From contig NC_068987.1 in assembly GCF_001194135.2 (NCBI RefSeq), positions 93,826,124 to 93,872,382 of the forward strand: a stretch of DNA of 46,259 bases, given 5' to 3'. Below, in pieces: positions 25,759 to 36,029 of this stretch. This stretch comes from Octopus bimaculoides (Eukaryota). Below the pieces are notes generated by a model. The model saw nothing but the letters and a program-made list of their open reading frames with translations, had not been told where the DNA came from and did not search any database. Numbering within the stretch: the stretch's first letter is position 1; every line of letters begins with the position of its first letter. The position numbers and the translations under genes are program-made.

Positions 25759-26020
25759 ATTTACATTATTTACATTATTTACATTCGACGGATATTTGTC
25801 CTCATCTTGTTTGTTGTTAACACAACGTTTCGGCTGATATACCTGCAAGCCTTCTTCAGGTGTCTTGGGGAAATTTCGAACCTGGGTTTTCATTCTTAAG
25901 GTATTTTTCAATATTATTATTATTATTATTATTATTATTGGTATTATTATTCTGGTCACTGCCTGGAATCGAACTTGGAATCTTGGGGTTAGTAGTCCGC
26001 GCTCTTAACCACTACGTCCA
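25759..26020 (-). mobile_element. tRNA-headed SINE-like element, copy A: tRNA head + (AAT)n + body with hammerhead motif + (GTAAATAAT)3 tail
   Basis: A-box-like TGGACGTAGTGG (26020-26009), B-box AGTTCGATTCC (25975-25965), (AAT)n at about 25950-25912. The body is shared with 26568-26700 and 28257-28349. Confidence 0.85.
25819..25864 (-). ncRNA. Minimal type I hammerhead ribozyme motif (Penelope-like, palindromic helix III)
   Basis: GACAC-CUGAAGA-A-GGCU(ugcagguauauc)AGCC-GAAAC-GUU^GUGUU. Helix I GACAC/GUGUU (5 bp, one G-U), core CUGANGA and GAAA, helix II GGCU/AGCC, loopless helix III within the AACGUU palindrome. Predicted cut between 25824 and 25823. Confidence 0.75.
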
Positions 26021-26024
26021 CGAG

Positions 26025-26089
26025 CATATGGCGTAGTGGTTAAATTCGCGGACTATTAACCTCAAGATTCCGAGTTCGAGTCTAGGCAG
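26025..26089 (+). mobile_element. tRNA-derived head of copy B, back-to-back with the head of copy A
   Basis: Consensus A-box TGGCGTAGTGG (26029-26039) and B-box GAGTTCGAGTC (26072-26082). It is an imperfect reverse complement of 25958-26020. Confidence 0.85.
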
Positions 26090-26499
26090 AATGTATGAGG
26101 AGAAATATGTTTGCGGGTTATTGACATCACGCCCTGGAGGAATGAATAAGATGACAGGAGAATATCATCAAATTTATACAAAACTGTTTGATTGAATATT
26201 CTTCTTTCTCTCTTTTTCTTTTCTTTTTCTGTCTTCTTCCTTTTTCTTTCTTTCTTTCTGCTTATTAAAAAACTGACAAAAATTGATGATGTCATTCTAT
26301 CAACGTATGGACGCTGGTTACTCACGTTCATAGTCTACGTTTGGTTTCTGAAATTTTGAATTTTCAATCACCTTTTGGTTTGAACTTGAGAAAGACAGAC
26401 GTTCTGTCGAAATATTGCTCAAAAAATAAAACATCTAAAATCGCACTCTTCGTTTTGACTATTTACCTTCGTGAAGAGTTACGTCAATATTTTTTTTTA

Positions 26500-26500
<1 letters not shown>

Positions 26501-26567
<67 letters not shown>

Positions 26568-26700
26568 TTGAAAAATACCTTAGGAATGAAAACCCAGGCT
26601 CGAAATTTCCCCAAGACACCTGATGAAGATTGGAGGGTATTTCAGCCGAAACGTTTCGTTAACAACAAACGTGATGAGGACAACTATCTCTTAAATATAG
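26501..26700 (+). mobile_element. (AAT)n plus hammerhead-bearing body, copy B
   Basis: ATTGAAAAATACCTTAGGAATGAAAACCCAGGCTCGAAATTTCCCCAAGACACCTGATGAAG...CAGCCGAAACGTT...AACAACAAAC..GATGAGGACAA is nearly the reverse complement of 25795-25913. Confidence 0.88.
26615..26660 (+). ncRNA. Hammerhead ribozyme motif, copy B (canonical CUGAUGA core, partly decayed helices)
   Basis: CUGAUGA at 26620-26626, GAAAC at 26648-26652, then GUU. Helix II 5' strand is GAUUG instead of GGCUG and helix I 3' strand is UCGUU instead of GUGUU, so it is probably inactive. Confidence 0.6.
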
Positions 26701-26714
26701 ATAAAGAATATATT
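26699..26714 (+). repeat. 16-bp direct repeat AGATAAAGAATATATT, right copy (candidate target-site duplication)
   Basis: Identical to 25743-25758. Confidence 0.85.
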
Positions 26715-26744
26715 TGAAAGAGTTATCTATGTGATTGGTGTCGC

Positions 26745-26985
26745 CAGTGGTTCTCAAAAGAGGTACATATGACCCTAGGGGTTCCGTATAAGGTGTTGTT
26801 GTTTACGTTTATGAGCAGTAAATTGATTATAATTTTATAAAAACAAAATATTTTAACAATTTTTAACATAGTCCAAATATTTAATTATAAAAATATAAAA
26901 GGATATTTTTAAGAACTTCAGGTGGTTATGAGGGTCCAACTGAACGAAACAGGAAGCAAAGGAGTCCTTGGAAAAACAAAGACAA
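26745..26985. mobile_element. Probable decayed hAT (Charlie-like) non-autonomous element
   Basis: Begins CAGTGGTTCTCAAA, the characteristic Charlie/hAT terminal sequence, with an AT-rich interior. No intact right TIR is visible. Confidence 0.4.
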
Positions 26986-27427
26986 TAAATACGGATAAAA
27001 GGAGAGAAGTAATGATGTGGTGTAACAAACTAAAATGTGTATATTTAATGAGGAAGTCGAGAAATCCAGGTGTGAAAGTAATGATGACGTAAAACCAGAC
27101 GTAAGAAGTTCGAACGATGTGTGGAGCAATTTATTGGATTACGAAAGGTAGTAGCAAAGCAAGATTATGTTTGGAGTAATTTCTTTTTTTTTTAGTTAAG
27201 AGGAATAATCAATAAAGATGTTCAAAATCCAGATATGAAAAGAATGTCCAATGCTCTTGAGAGGAATATAGGAATGTATGGGACAAGCGGTGAATTAAGG
27301 AGTCAAATATTTATGCAGGTTCGAGTTGTGTGGATAGTTTCTTTGGGATGGTTCAGTTACGGGGTTATGCACGCGCACACACATACACTCAAAAATATAT
27401 GTATGTGTGTGCAAATAATTAGATATT

Positions 27428-27442
<15 letters not shown>

Positions 27443-27519
<77 letters not shown>
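27443..27519. repeat. (AG)n microsatellite
   Basis: Direct reading. Confidence 0.96.
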
Positions 27520-27525
<6 letters not shown>

Positions 27526-28256
27526 ACAAAAAAAATAAAGAGATGAACTTCAGATTGTAAGAAGATACAAGACCTTATCGGTGAAACTTGCTCGATCAGA
27601 GGTCAAAGATGTCTGTGACAAGATAGTTATGTGCAGTAATGACATCTACGTCCATTTACACACAAAAACGTCTTCCAAGGGAAATGGTTCTAGCAGGCGA
27701 AATACATGAACACAACCCAGGAAATGACCGATGGAATTCTTTAACAATTCACTAAGAGTTGTTGGTGCTGATCTCTAGCGGCAACTGTTGGTGGCTTTCT
27801 AATATAAGGGGAGATAATTTGTTGGAATGAAAAACTTGAGAGAAAATGGAATGTTGATGTTTAATCATGAAATCTTATCTCCCTTGCCAAGGAATGTTTC
27901 TATGGACAGGATGCGGTTTTATTAGCTGCTCCATTAGCTGACTATACTTTTCTCAACTTAATCTTGATTATTTGATAGAGATTTTCACAAAACAAACAAG
28001 AGTGATCTATGGGAAATAACTCTAATTGGCTAATGGCAACATTTTAGAAGAATGTAGTTGTTGGTGATGTATTGAATGATGAACTCAAACAATTTTTGAT
28101 GACTTTTAAAATTGTCTCTGGGAGAAAGAAAACAAAGACCTAGCGGTCATTACCTGTGACTTACACAAGTAAGAGAAATTACTTAAGATAATTGACAATT
28201 TCTTCCAGTGAAATCTGAGTACACATACGAGGTCCTATAAAATAGAAACATGTCGA

Positions 28257-28349
28257 TATTTACATTATTTACATTACTCACATTTGACGGATATTTGTCC
28301 TTATCTTGTTCGTTGTTTGCTCAACGTTTCAGCTGATATACCCTCCAGA
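28257..28349 (-). mobile_element. 5'-truncated copy C of the hammerhead-bearing element
   Basis: Minus strand: CTGGAGGGTATATCAGCTGAAACGTTGAGCAAACAACGAACAAGATAAGGACAAATATCCGTCAAATGTGAGTAATGTAAATAATGTAAAT. It lacks CUGANGA. Confidence 0.85.
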
Positions 28350-28356
28350 CACATCG

Positions 28357-28395
28357 GATGGATGGATGGATGGATGGATGGATGGATGGATGGAT
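28357..28395. repeat. (GGAT)n microsatellite
   Basis: Direct reading. Confidence 0.95.
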
Positions 28396-28894
28396 GGATG
28401 GATGGATGGATGGATGATAGATATTTGGGTAGATTGGCAGAAAGTGAAAATGGGAATAGAAAATAGAGGGATAGGTGTAAAAGTTAAAGTGGAGGACCAA
28501 ATAGAATCGAAGACATGATGAACGACTAATTGCGAAAGAGTATGAAAGTAAGAAAGACAAGAGGAATGGAGAAGTGCATGGGAATGTGAGTGTGTGTGTG
28601 CTGGAGGGAGGAAAAGATGGAGGGGTGCAAATAGGAAGTTGATTAGGAAGGACTGTTGAGAAATGATAGAGAGGGATATTAGATAGATAGGGAATGAATA
28701 AGATGAGAAAAGGGAAGGAAGAGAGGAGAGAAAGAGATGAAGAAAAAGTAATCATTTAGAAACAAAAGACAGAGATACAGGCCGGCTTGATGGAATGGTG
28801 AAGTAAGAATTCCAAGAGGTAGATTTATAGATAGACCGATAGATGGATACACAAACACACACATATATCAAGAGGGAGTGAGAGTAAGACAAGC

Positions 28895-28904
28895 AGACAG
28901 ATAA

Positions 28905-28949
<45 letters not shown>

Positions 28950-28968
28950 TAGATAGATAGATAGATAG
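28895..28968. repeat. (CAGA)n followed by (TAGA)n microsatellite
   Basis: Direct reading. Confidence 0.95.
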
Positions 28969-29656
28969 AACTTACATTTAATCTTTTGAACAACTTGTAG
29001 TATTTTTGGTAAATGCATGAACGCATATTTATGTACTGACATCTCTCTATACGCATAAACATGAGCATATATATACATAGATAGATATACAGGCAGCCAA
29101 GCAGAAAGACAGATAAAGTGATTTATAGATAAATATATAGAATCGTGAGTGTGTTGGAAATATACAATCTAAATTGATGCGTCATCCATTATGCTAAACA
29201 ATGTAGACTGTTTCTTGAAGTTTTCACATTCCGTTTGGAATATTTCATATTGTGAAACTGTAAACCAGTTTTTCCAGTCTCCAACAACACCTGAAAAATA
29301 CAAGGTAAGATGGATGCGAGATGTTCAATTTTCGTAAAGATAATTGTAGCNNNNNNNNNNNNNNNNNNNNNNNNNNNNNNNNNNNNNNNNNNNNNNNNNN
29401 NNNNNNNNNNNNNNNNNNNNNNNNNNNNNNNNNNNNNNNNNNNNNNNNNNACACACATAAATACAAACAAACACGCCCACACACCAGCAAACCCAGACAA
29501 GTGATCTTTACTCTTCCTCTCTTATCAAAGAACTACACCCATGCACACCGCACTACAGCAGTCACTATTCGACCCTGCTCTCGGTGATTGTCATGGGTGG
29601 AGGGTCGGGGGTTGGGAAATTGCATGTAACCTCTTTCAGGCCTCTTTGTACTCCAC

Positions 29657-29710
<54 letters not shown>

Positions 29711-30869
29711 TTCTTCCTCATCTTCAATAGCCCCTAGGGTTGACAATGTGATCGTTTATGACCATGGTGGTTTATGTAGTGGCGATGTTAGCGGGTGGGG
29801 TGGTGGGTATGGTGGTGATGTGNNNNNNNNNNNNNNNNNNNNNNNNNNNNNNNNNNNNNNNNNNNNNNNNNNNNNNNNNNNNNNNNNNNNNNNNNNNNNN
29901 NNNNNNNNNNNNNNNNNNNNNNNNNNNNNNNNNNNNNNNNNNNNNNNNNNNNNNNNNNNNNNNNNNNNNNNNNNNNNNNNNNNNNNNNNNNNNNNNNNNN
30001 NNNNNNNNNNNNNNNNNNNNNNNNNNNNNNNNNNNNNNNNNNNNNNNNNNNNNNNNNNNNNNNNNNNNNNNNNNNNNNNNNNNNNNNNNNNNNNNNNNNN
30101 NNNNNNNNNNNNNNNNNNNNNNNNNNNNNNNNNNNNNNNNNNNNNNNNNNNNNNNNNNNNNNNNNNNNNNNNNNNNNNNNNNNNNNNNNNNNNNNNNNNN
30201 NNNNNNNNNNNNNNNNNNNNNNNNNNNNNNNNNNNNNNNNNNNNNNNNNNNNNNNNNNNNNNNNNNNNNNNNNNNNNNNNNNNNNNNNNNNNNNNNNNNN
30301 NNNNNNNNNNNNNNNNNNNNNNNNNNNNNNNNNNNNNNNNNNNNNNNNNNNNNNNNNNNNNNNNNNNNNNNNNNNNNNNNNNNNNNNNNNNNNNNNNNNN
30401 NNNNNNNNNNNNNNNNNNNNNNNNNNNNNNNNNNNNNNNNNNNNNNNNNNNNNNNNNNNNNNNNNNNNNNNNNNNNNNNNNNNNNNNNNNNNNNNNNNNN
30501 NNNNNNNNNNNNNNNNNNNNNNNNNNNNNNNNNNNNNNNNNNNNNNNNNNNNNNNNNNNNNNNNNNNNNNNNNNNNNNNNNNNNNNNNNNNNNNNNNNNN
30601 NNNNNNNNNNNNNNNNNNNNNNNNNNNNNNNNNNNNNNNNNNNNNNNNNNNNNNNNNNNNNNNNNNNNNNNNNNNNNNNNNNNNNNNNNNNNNNNNNNNN
30701 NNNNNNNNNNNNNNNNNNNNNNNNNNNNNNNNNNNNNNNNNNNNNNNNNNNNNNNNNNNNNNNNNNNNNNNNNNNNNNNNNTACTACCACCACCACAACC
30801 ACCACCACCACCACTACCACCACTACCGCCACCACCACCACAACCACCACCACCACCACCGCCATCACC

Positions 30870-31030
30870 ATTTGCTAATTATGCAGCCAATTCTACCTCG
30901 ACTAACAACGTACAGTTTTAAGAATAGGGCACATTGGATTATATATTCCTAGATACACTATATCTAAAGCAAATCAGGATGAATAATGGCTGTGCCGCTT
31001 ATCAACGTTGCCTCCTTGTTTAGCGTTGGT
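30870..31030 (+). mobile_element. Diverged copy of the 23620-23810 repeat
   Basis: GCAGCCAATTCT...GGCACATTGGAT...CCTAGATACACTAT; exact 12-mer shared with 23718-23729. Confidence 0.5.
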
Positions 31031-31133
31031 CTACAAAAACACAAACCCTGCTGACTTTCCCAGCTAAACCTCCGTCATCATCAACATCATCATCAACGTC
31101 GTCGTCATCATCATAATCATCATCATCATCATT

Positions 31134-31165
<32 letters not shown>

Positions 31166-31232
31166 TACGACGACAAATAACGATCAATACCATTATTACC
31201 TTTATAATAACAAGTAACAGGGTGAAAACATT

Positions 31233-31640
31233 GTCGTTGCATTTAGTATCAGCAGCGCATTCGACCGTGTCTGGCATGCGAATCCCTTAACAAAACCGCC
31301 TGCCTCTCGGTTCCATCTGTCTCTTGTGTCTCGGATCAGTGGTTTCCTAACACATTGCACCATCACAGCGTGTACTGACGGAACTCGCCCTGACTCACTT
31401 TCTATGAACTTGACTCTGCCCCTAAGTTCAAATTTTATCCTCCACACCGTCCTTCGCCAACAACATATATTCACCGACTTCTTCAGCGACATCCCCTCCT
31501 ATCCAAATGACAGCAGACTCCATTCAACCTTCGGCATCCAACTGCTCCCACACACCTCACACCAAAATTCTATTGTCTCCATGAAAAGAAACGTCGAAAA
31601 TATCCTCAGAGTCCGCTTCTCCGGTGCATCGTCTGCCTAA
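31233..31640 (+). mobile_element. Decayed non-LTR reverse transcriptase fragment (CR1/L2/Jockey-type)
   Basis: One frame reads VVAFSISSAFDRVWHANPLTK...LVSRISGFLTHCTITACTDG...YPNDSRLHSTF. This matches LDISKAFDRVWH..LL.KL and W...FL..R....VDG, with YPND (31500-31511) as a degenerate YADD. Confidence 0.75.
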
Positions 31641-31820
31641 TGAATAGATATCGTCTGAACGGAGATTCTCTCCAATGAGCAAAAACAACAGCGATCAGAT
31701 CTTCATAGTATCTTCCATGACCTATTCAGATATGTTATTGCCGTGACCCTCACTGCACAGCACGACGCTCCTCCTCAATATTTATCTGTTTGACAGATAT
31801 CAGCATGTATCTTCTTTCTT

Positions 31821-32061
31821 TTTTTTCTTTTAATTGTTTGGATAATTTTATTATAGCCATGCGGGTTTGGGGGCACCCCCTTGAAGGGCGTTCCGTCCAG
31901 CAGATCGTCACTGGAACTTATTTTATCGGTTTCTTTTTCCTGAGCCTCCAAGTTACAGGGAGGAAAACAAACAAACACGCGTTTTCAAGCGGTGTGGAGG
32001 TACAAAACAGAAAGACGAATACACACACACACACGCGCATACACACACACACACACACACA

Positions 32062-32099
<38 letters not shown>

Positions 32100-32272
32100 C
32101 ATACACACACACACATAGATGCCCGCGACGGGCTTCCATATAATTTCCTTCTACAAAATTCATTCAAAAGTCGTCATTTGGCTTTGGGCTCAAAATGCTT
32201 TGCATTATGACCGAACCGGAGACTACCTGGCTGCAAAAGCGAGTTACTAAACCCCACAGCCATACCATTGCC
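31821..32272 (-). mobile_element. Diverged SINE family 2 copy with an internal compound microsatellite
   Basis: Same module order as 15712-16132. The internal tract is (CA)n(CT)n(CA)n at about 32019-32115. Confidence 0.72.
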
Positions 32273-32409
32273 TATTTCGAAAGGCAACAGTTTGTTTGTG
32301 GATTTCTATAATCACAAATCCTACCTCCTTCTAGATTCTTTGGTTCGAATGGATTGTTTTGATTGAGGAGACACACCGGCGAATAGTGTGAGCCACGAAC
32401 ATGCAGCGT

Positions 32410-32700
32410 CTAATTGGCCCTCCGTCGATTGCAACGACCAGTGTTCCACTTGATCCAATCAACGGATGAGCCTGCTCGTGAAGTTAACGCGAAAGTGGCT
32501 GAATACTCAACAAGCACGCGTATCTTTAACGTAGTACTTCATGGAGACTCAGCGTGGCTCAGAATTACGGGTATAACTCATTTTTACCAGCTGACAATAT
32601 AGATTGTCTTGCTTAAGGACATAACGCACCGCCGAGTATCGATCTCAAGACCTGACGATCGTGGGCCAAATACCCTAACAATTTGGCGACACGTCTTCAC
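32410..32700 (-). mobile_element. tRNA-headed SINE (family 3), diverged
   Basis: The minus strand begins GTGAAGACGTGTCGCCAAATTGTTAGGG (degenerate A-box)...GAGATCGATACTC (degenerate B-box)...TGTCCTTAAGCAAGAC. The body is similar to 18060-18250. Confidence 0.65.
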
Positions 32701-33078
32701 AATATCTTTGTACATTCTGGCGTGAATATTTGTTCGCTATAATCATTTTTTTTTATCATCTGAGTACAGCATCTGAACCGAGATGTTCTCCGATGATGAA
32801 AAATAACAGCGATTAGATATTCACGCCAGAAATGGTGAGAATAAATAAATCGATAAAAATATAAAGAATATGAGAACGTATAATGCGTATGAGCTGATTG
32901 TACCCAGGTAGGGTACGCTATGAAGTGGTTAGTTGAAGCGTGAAGCGAAGAGGAGAGTGGCGAGAAAGGTTTGTTTATCGGAATGGAAAGAGAATGCGGT
33001 GAGAGGTAGAAAGAAGCAAACACTATTATGATAGGCAGGTAAGCTTGAGGAGTAGGCAATAAGACAGAGAGGGGAGGA

Positions 33079-33126
<48 letters not shown>

Positions 33127-34330
33127 AGAGAGAGAGAGAAAGAGAGAGAGAGGTGAGTGTTTATACTATAAGGACCATGTTAGCGGTGAGAGATAGGAGA
33201 AAGGGAACGCTGTTTATGCACACATAGATACACATGCATATCTGATAAACCGAGAACTGCAGTATTTGTTAAAGTGGTGGCGAAGCGAGGAGGATTTCAT
33301 CAGCAGGAATATTGGTTAAGGAAGCTGGTGGTAGGGGTTGTACTTTCACGACAGCAAAGTGTGTTGCTATTAAATGAATTTATTTTTAATACTCCATCAC
33401 TTAAATCGTGCCGTTTAGTGCAATTAATTGTCGTCTGCTTTCATTTTTGTTTATCTAAAATTTTGTTTTAGTTCTGTCAATGTATAGAACGTTCTAAGTA
33501 TGGATGGACATCGAAGACAACATTTACTGTATTCGTAAGACAACTGGCTGGAAACATTTAAACTATAAACGGTATATACACCTACACACAGTATATACAC
33601 ATATATACACATACATACATGCACACACATATAAGTGTGCAAATATTTGCTGATCCCTTAATTATGTTTATACATGTGTGTGTATATATATATGCATGTA
33701 TATATGCATGTATGTTTGTATGCATATGTGTATGTATGCATATGTGTATGTATATAAGAATGTATATCTCAGGAGATACAGATACACTCTTACAATTGCA
33801 CGAAGTGGTCGATCCTTTCTTCCTTTCTTAAAAACTCCTCCAAGAGAATACCCTTCCCGAATGGTTTCTGAAGTTCTACCCGTTTTCTTTTCTTATTCTC
33901 ATCCATCCTCTCCTCCATTTCCTCGAATCTTCTTCCTTTCTTCCGATCTAAATCGAGCGTCCGTAAATTTACAATGCTTTCCTTTTTAATTATACGACGA
34001 AGGTAGCATTGTACATATCAAGCTGTGTCTATATATATATGGAAACTACTTTCCGTTTTACAAACATCCGACTAACTAACATGACGTTTCAGTGTGAAGT
34101 TGACTTGAGGTAAAAAAACAAAAAAGGGAAAAGGAATTAACCTTCCCATCGTCATTTTCGTAAGAATCAAGAAAAGTCTGTGCTGCGATAGTTATTTATA
34201 TTATTTGGCAAAAATTGTTTCCTGTCACCAAGTTTCAAGTGCGCAACACAGCTACAGAGAAAATGCTTAACTAATCGAAAATAAACATTAAGTGGAAATA
34301 GTAAAACAATGCGACAAGGAAAGTTGGGAA

Positions 34331-34460
34331 AGTCGATCCCAGAGCTTAACTGGAACTTACTTTGATGAGCCCAGCATGACGAAAATCGACCTCGGCGGAA
34401 TTTGAACTCAGAAAGACGGACGAAACGCTGCCGATGAACTAACGAGCCTGCCAGCTCTCC
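34331..34460 (-). mobile_element. SINE family 1 copy, left arm of an exact inverted repeat across a gap
   Basis: Exact reverse complement of 34986-35115 (checked base by base, 130 bp). Confidence 0.88.
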
Positions 34461-34977
34461 NNNNNNNNNNNNNNNNNNNNNNNNNNNNNNNNNNNNNNNN
34501 NNNNNNNNNNNNNNNNNNNNNNNNNNNNNNNNNNNNNNNNNNNNNNNNNNNNNNNNNNNNNNNNNNNNNNNNNNNNNNNNNNNNNNNNNNNNNNNNNNNN
34601 NNNNNNNNNNNNNNNNNNNNNNNNNNNNNNNNNNNNNNNNNNNNNNNNNNNNNNNNNNNNNNNNNNNNNNNNNNNNNNNNNNNNNNNNNNNNNNNNNNNN
34701 NNNNNNNNNNNNNNNNNNNNNNNNNNNNNNNNNNNNNNNNNNNNNNNNNNNNNNNNNNNNNNNNNNNNNNNNNNNNNNNNNNNNNNNNNNNNNNNNNNNN
34801 NNNNNNNNNNNNNNNNNNNNNNNNNNNNNNNNNNNNNNNNNNNNNNNNNNNNNNNNNNNNNNNNNNNNNNNNNNNNNNNNNNNNNNNNNNNNNNNNNNNN
34901 NNNNNNNNNNNNNNNNNNNNNNNNNNNNNNNNNNNNNNNNNNNNNNNNNNNNNNNNNNNNNNNNNNNNNNNNNNNNT

Positions 34978-35170
34978 TAAAAGGTGGAGAGCTGGCAGGC
35001 TCGTTAGTTCATCGGCAGCGTTTCGTCCGTCTTTCTGAGTTCAAATTCCGCCGAGGTCGATTTTCGTCATGCTGGGCTCATCAAAGTAAGTTCCAGTTAA
35101 GCTCTGGGATCGACTAAGGTTATCCACTGCAGCAAATTTCAGGGCTTGGACCTATAATACAAAGGATTAC
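34978..35170 (+). mobile_element. SINE family 1 copy, right arm
   Basis: AAGGTGGAGAGCTGGCAG...GAGTTCAAATTCCGCCGAGGTCGA...AAGTAAGTTCCAGTT...GGGATCGACT, followed by a tail-like segment. Confidence 0.88.
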
Positions 35171-35968
35171 TAAGGCCAGCATAAAACGTGTATTAGGCTT
35201 GGCTCAGTGCGAGAAAAGCTCGAAAATTTTCGGTGATTTTTTAGTCTCCCCGACTGACAAGGGAGGAGAAGTATGAGGAAGAGTTTGTTGCGGGTACGAG
35301 TTAATGGAAACATTTGAAATGGGGTCAAATTTGAAGAACAGCATTAAAGTTGAAATTGGGAGCAGTGATGAAAATGCTGTGAATCGGTTTCCTAAAACTC
35401 TGACAAAAATTATTCAAGAGGGTGAATAAAAATTATTTAAAATGAGAATAGAAAGCTTCTGTTCAACTCTACCTTAATAATGTAAAAGTCAGGAAATTTA
35501 CTCCAGAAATAAACCCCAAACAGTAAGATCAACACTTCACACTCCAGCAGTAGAATCAAAGCATGATGCCATCACTAGAATCATCATCACCACCATAAGC
35601 AGCAGCTTCAATTCTGTTCTCTCCAGCAGCAGTAGTGCAGCAACTTCTACCGCATCAGCGCTATCTTTTCCAACACTCGCCTCTTCATTACTAGTAACCA
35701 GCTGTCCATCTTTGTTTTTACTTTTTCTTCTCTGGCATCATCCAATTAACGGCGTCTTAATTATTAATTAAGTATGCCCTTTCCAGAGACTCAAGACATC
35801 AATAGATGCGAGGGCGATATATTAGACTTCCATCATTAGATTGTTTCCTATCGAAGCTTCTTTACTCTTGTCTAAACCTTCACAAGCTCACACATTTCGC
35901 TTTGTCTGAATGTCTATCAGTCACTTTCTCTATCACTCTATCACTCTTTCTTATGAGCAAATCAATCA

Positions 35969-36022
<54 letters not shown>

Positions 36023-36029
36023 CAGTAGT
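35969..36029. repeat. (AGT)n microsatellite
   Basis: Direct reading. Confidence 0.96.

Noticed and set aside
25953-26089. Genuine tRNA genes
   Set aside because: A and B boxes are present but there is no 7-bp acceptor stem, the anticodon stem is poor, and copy A's head runs directly into a repeat body. They are SINE heads.
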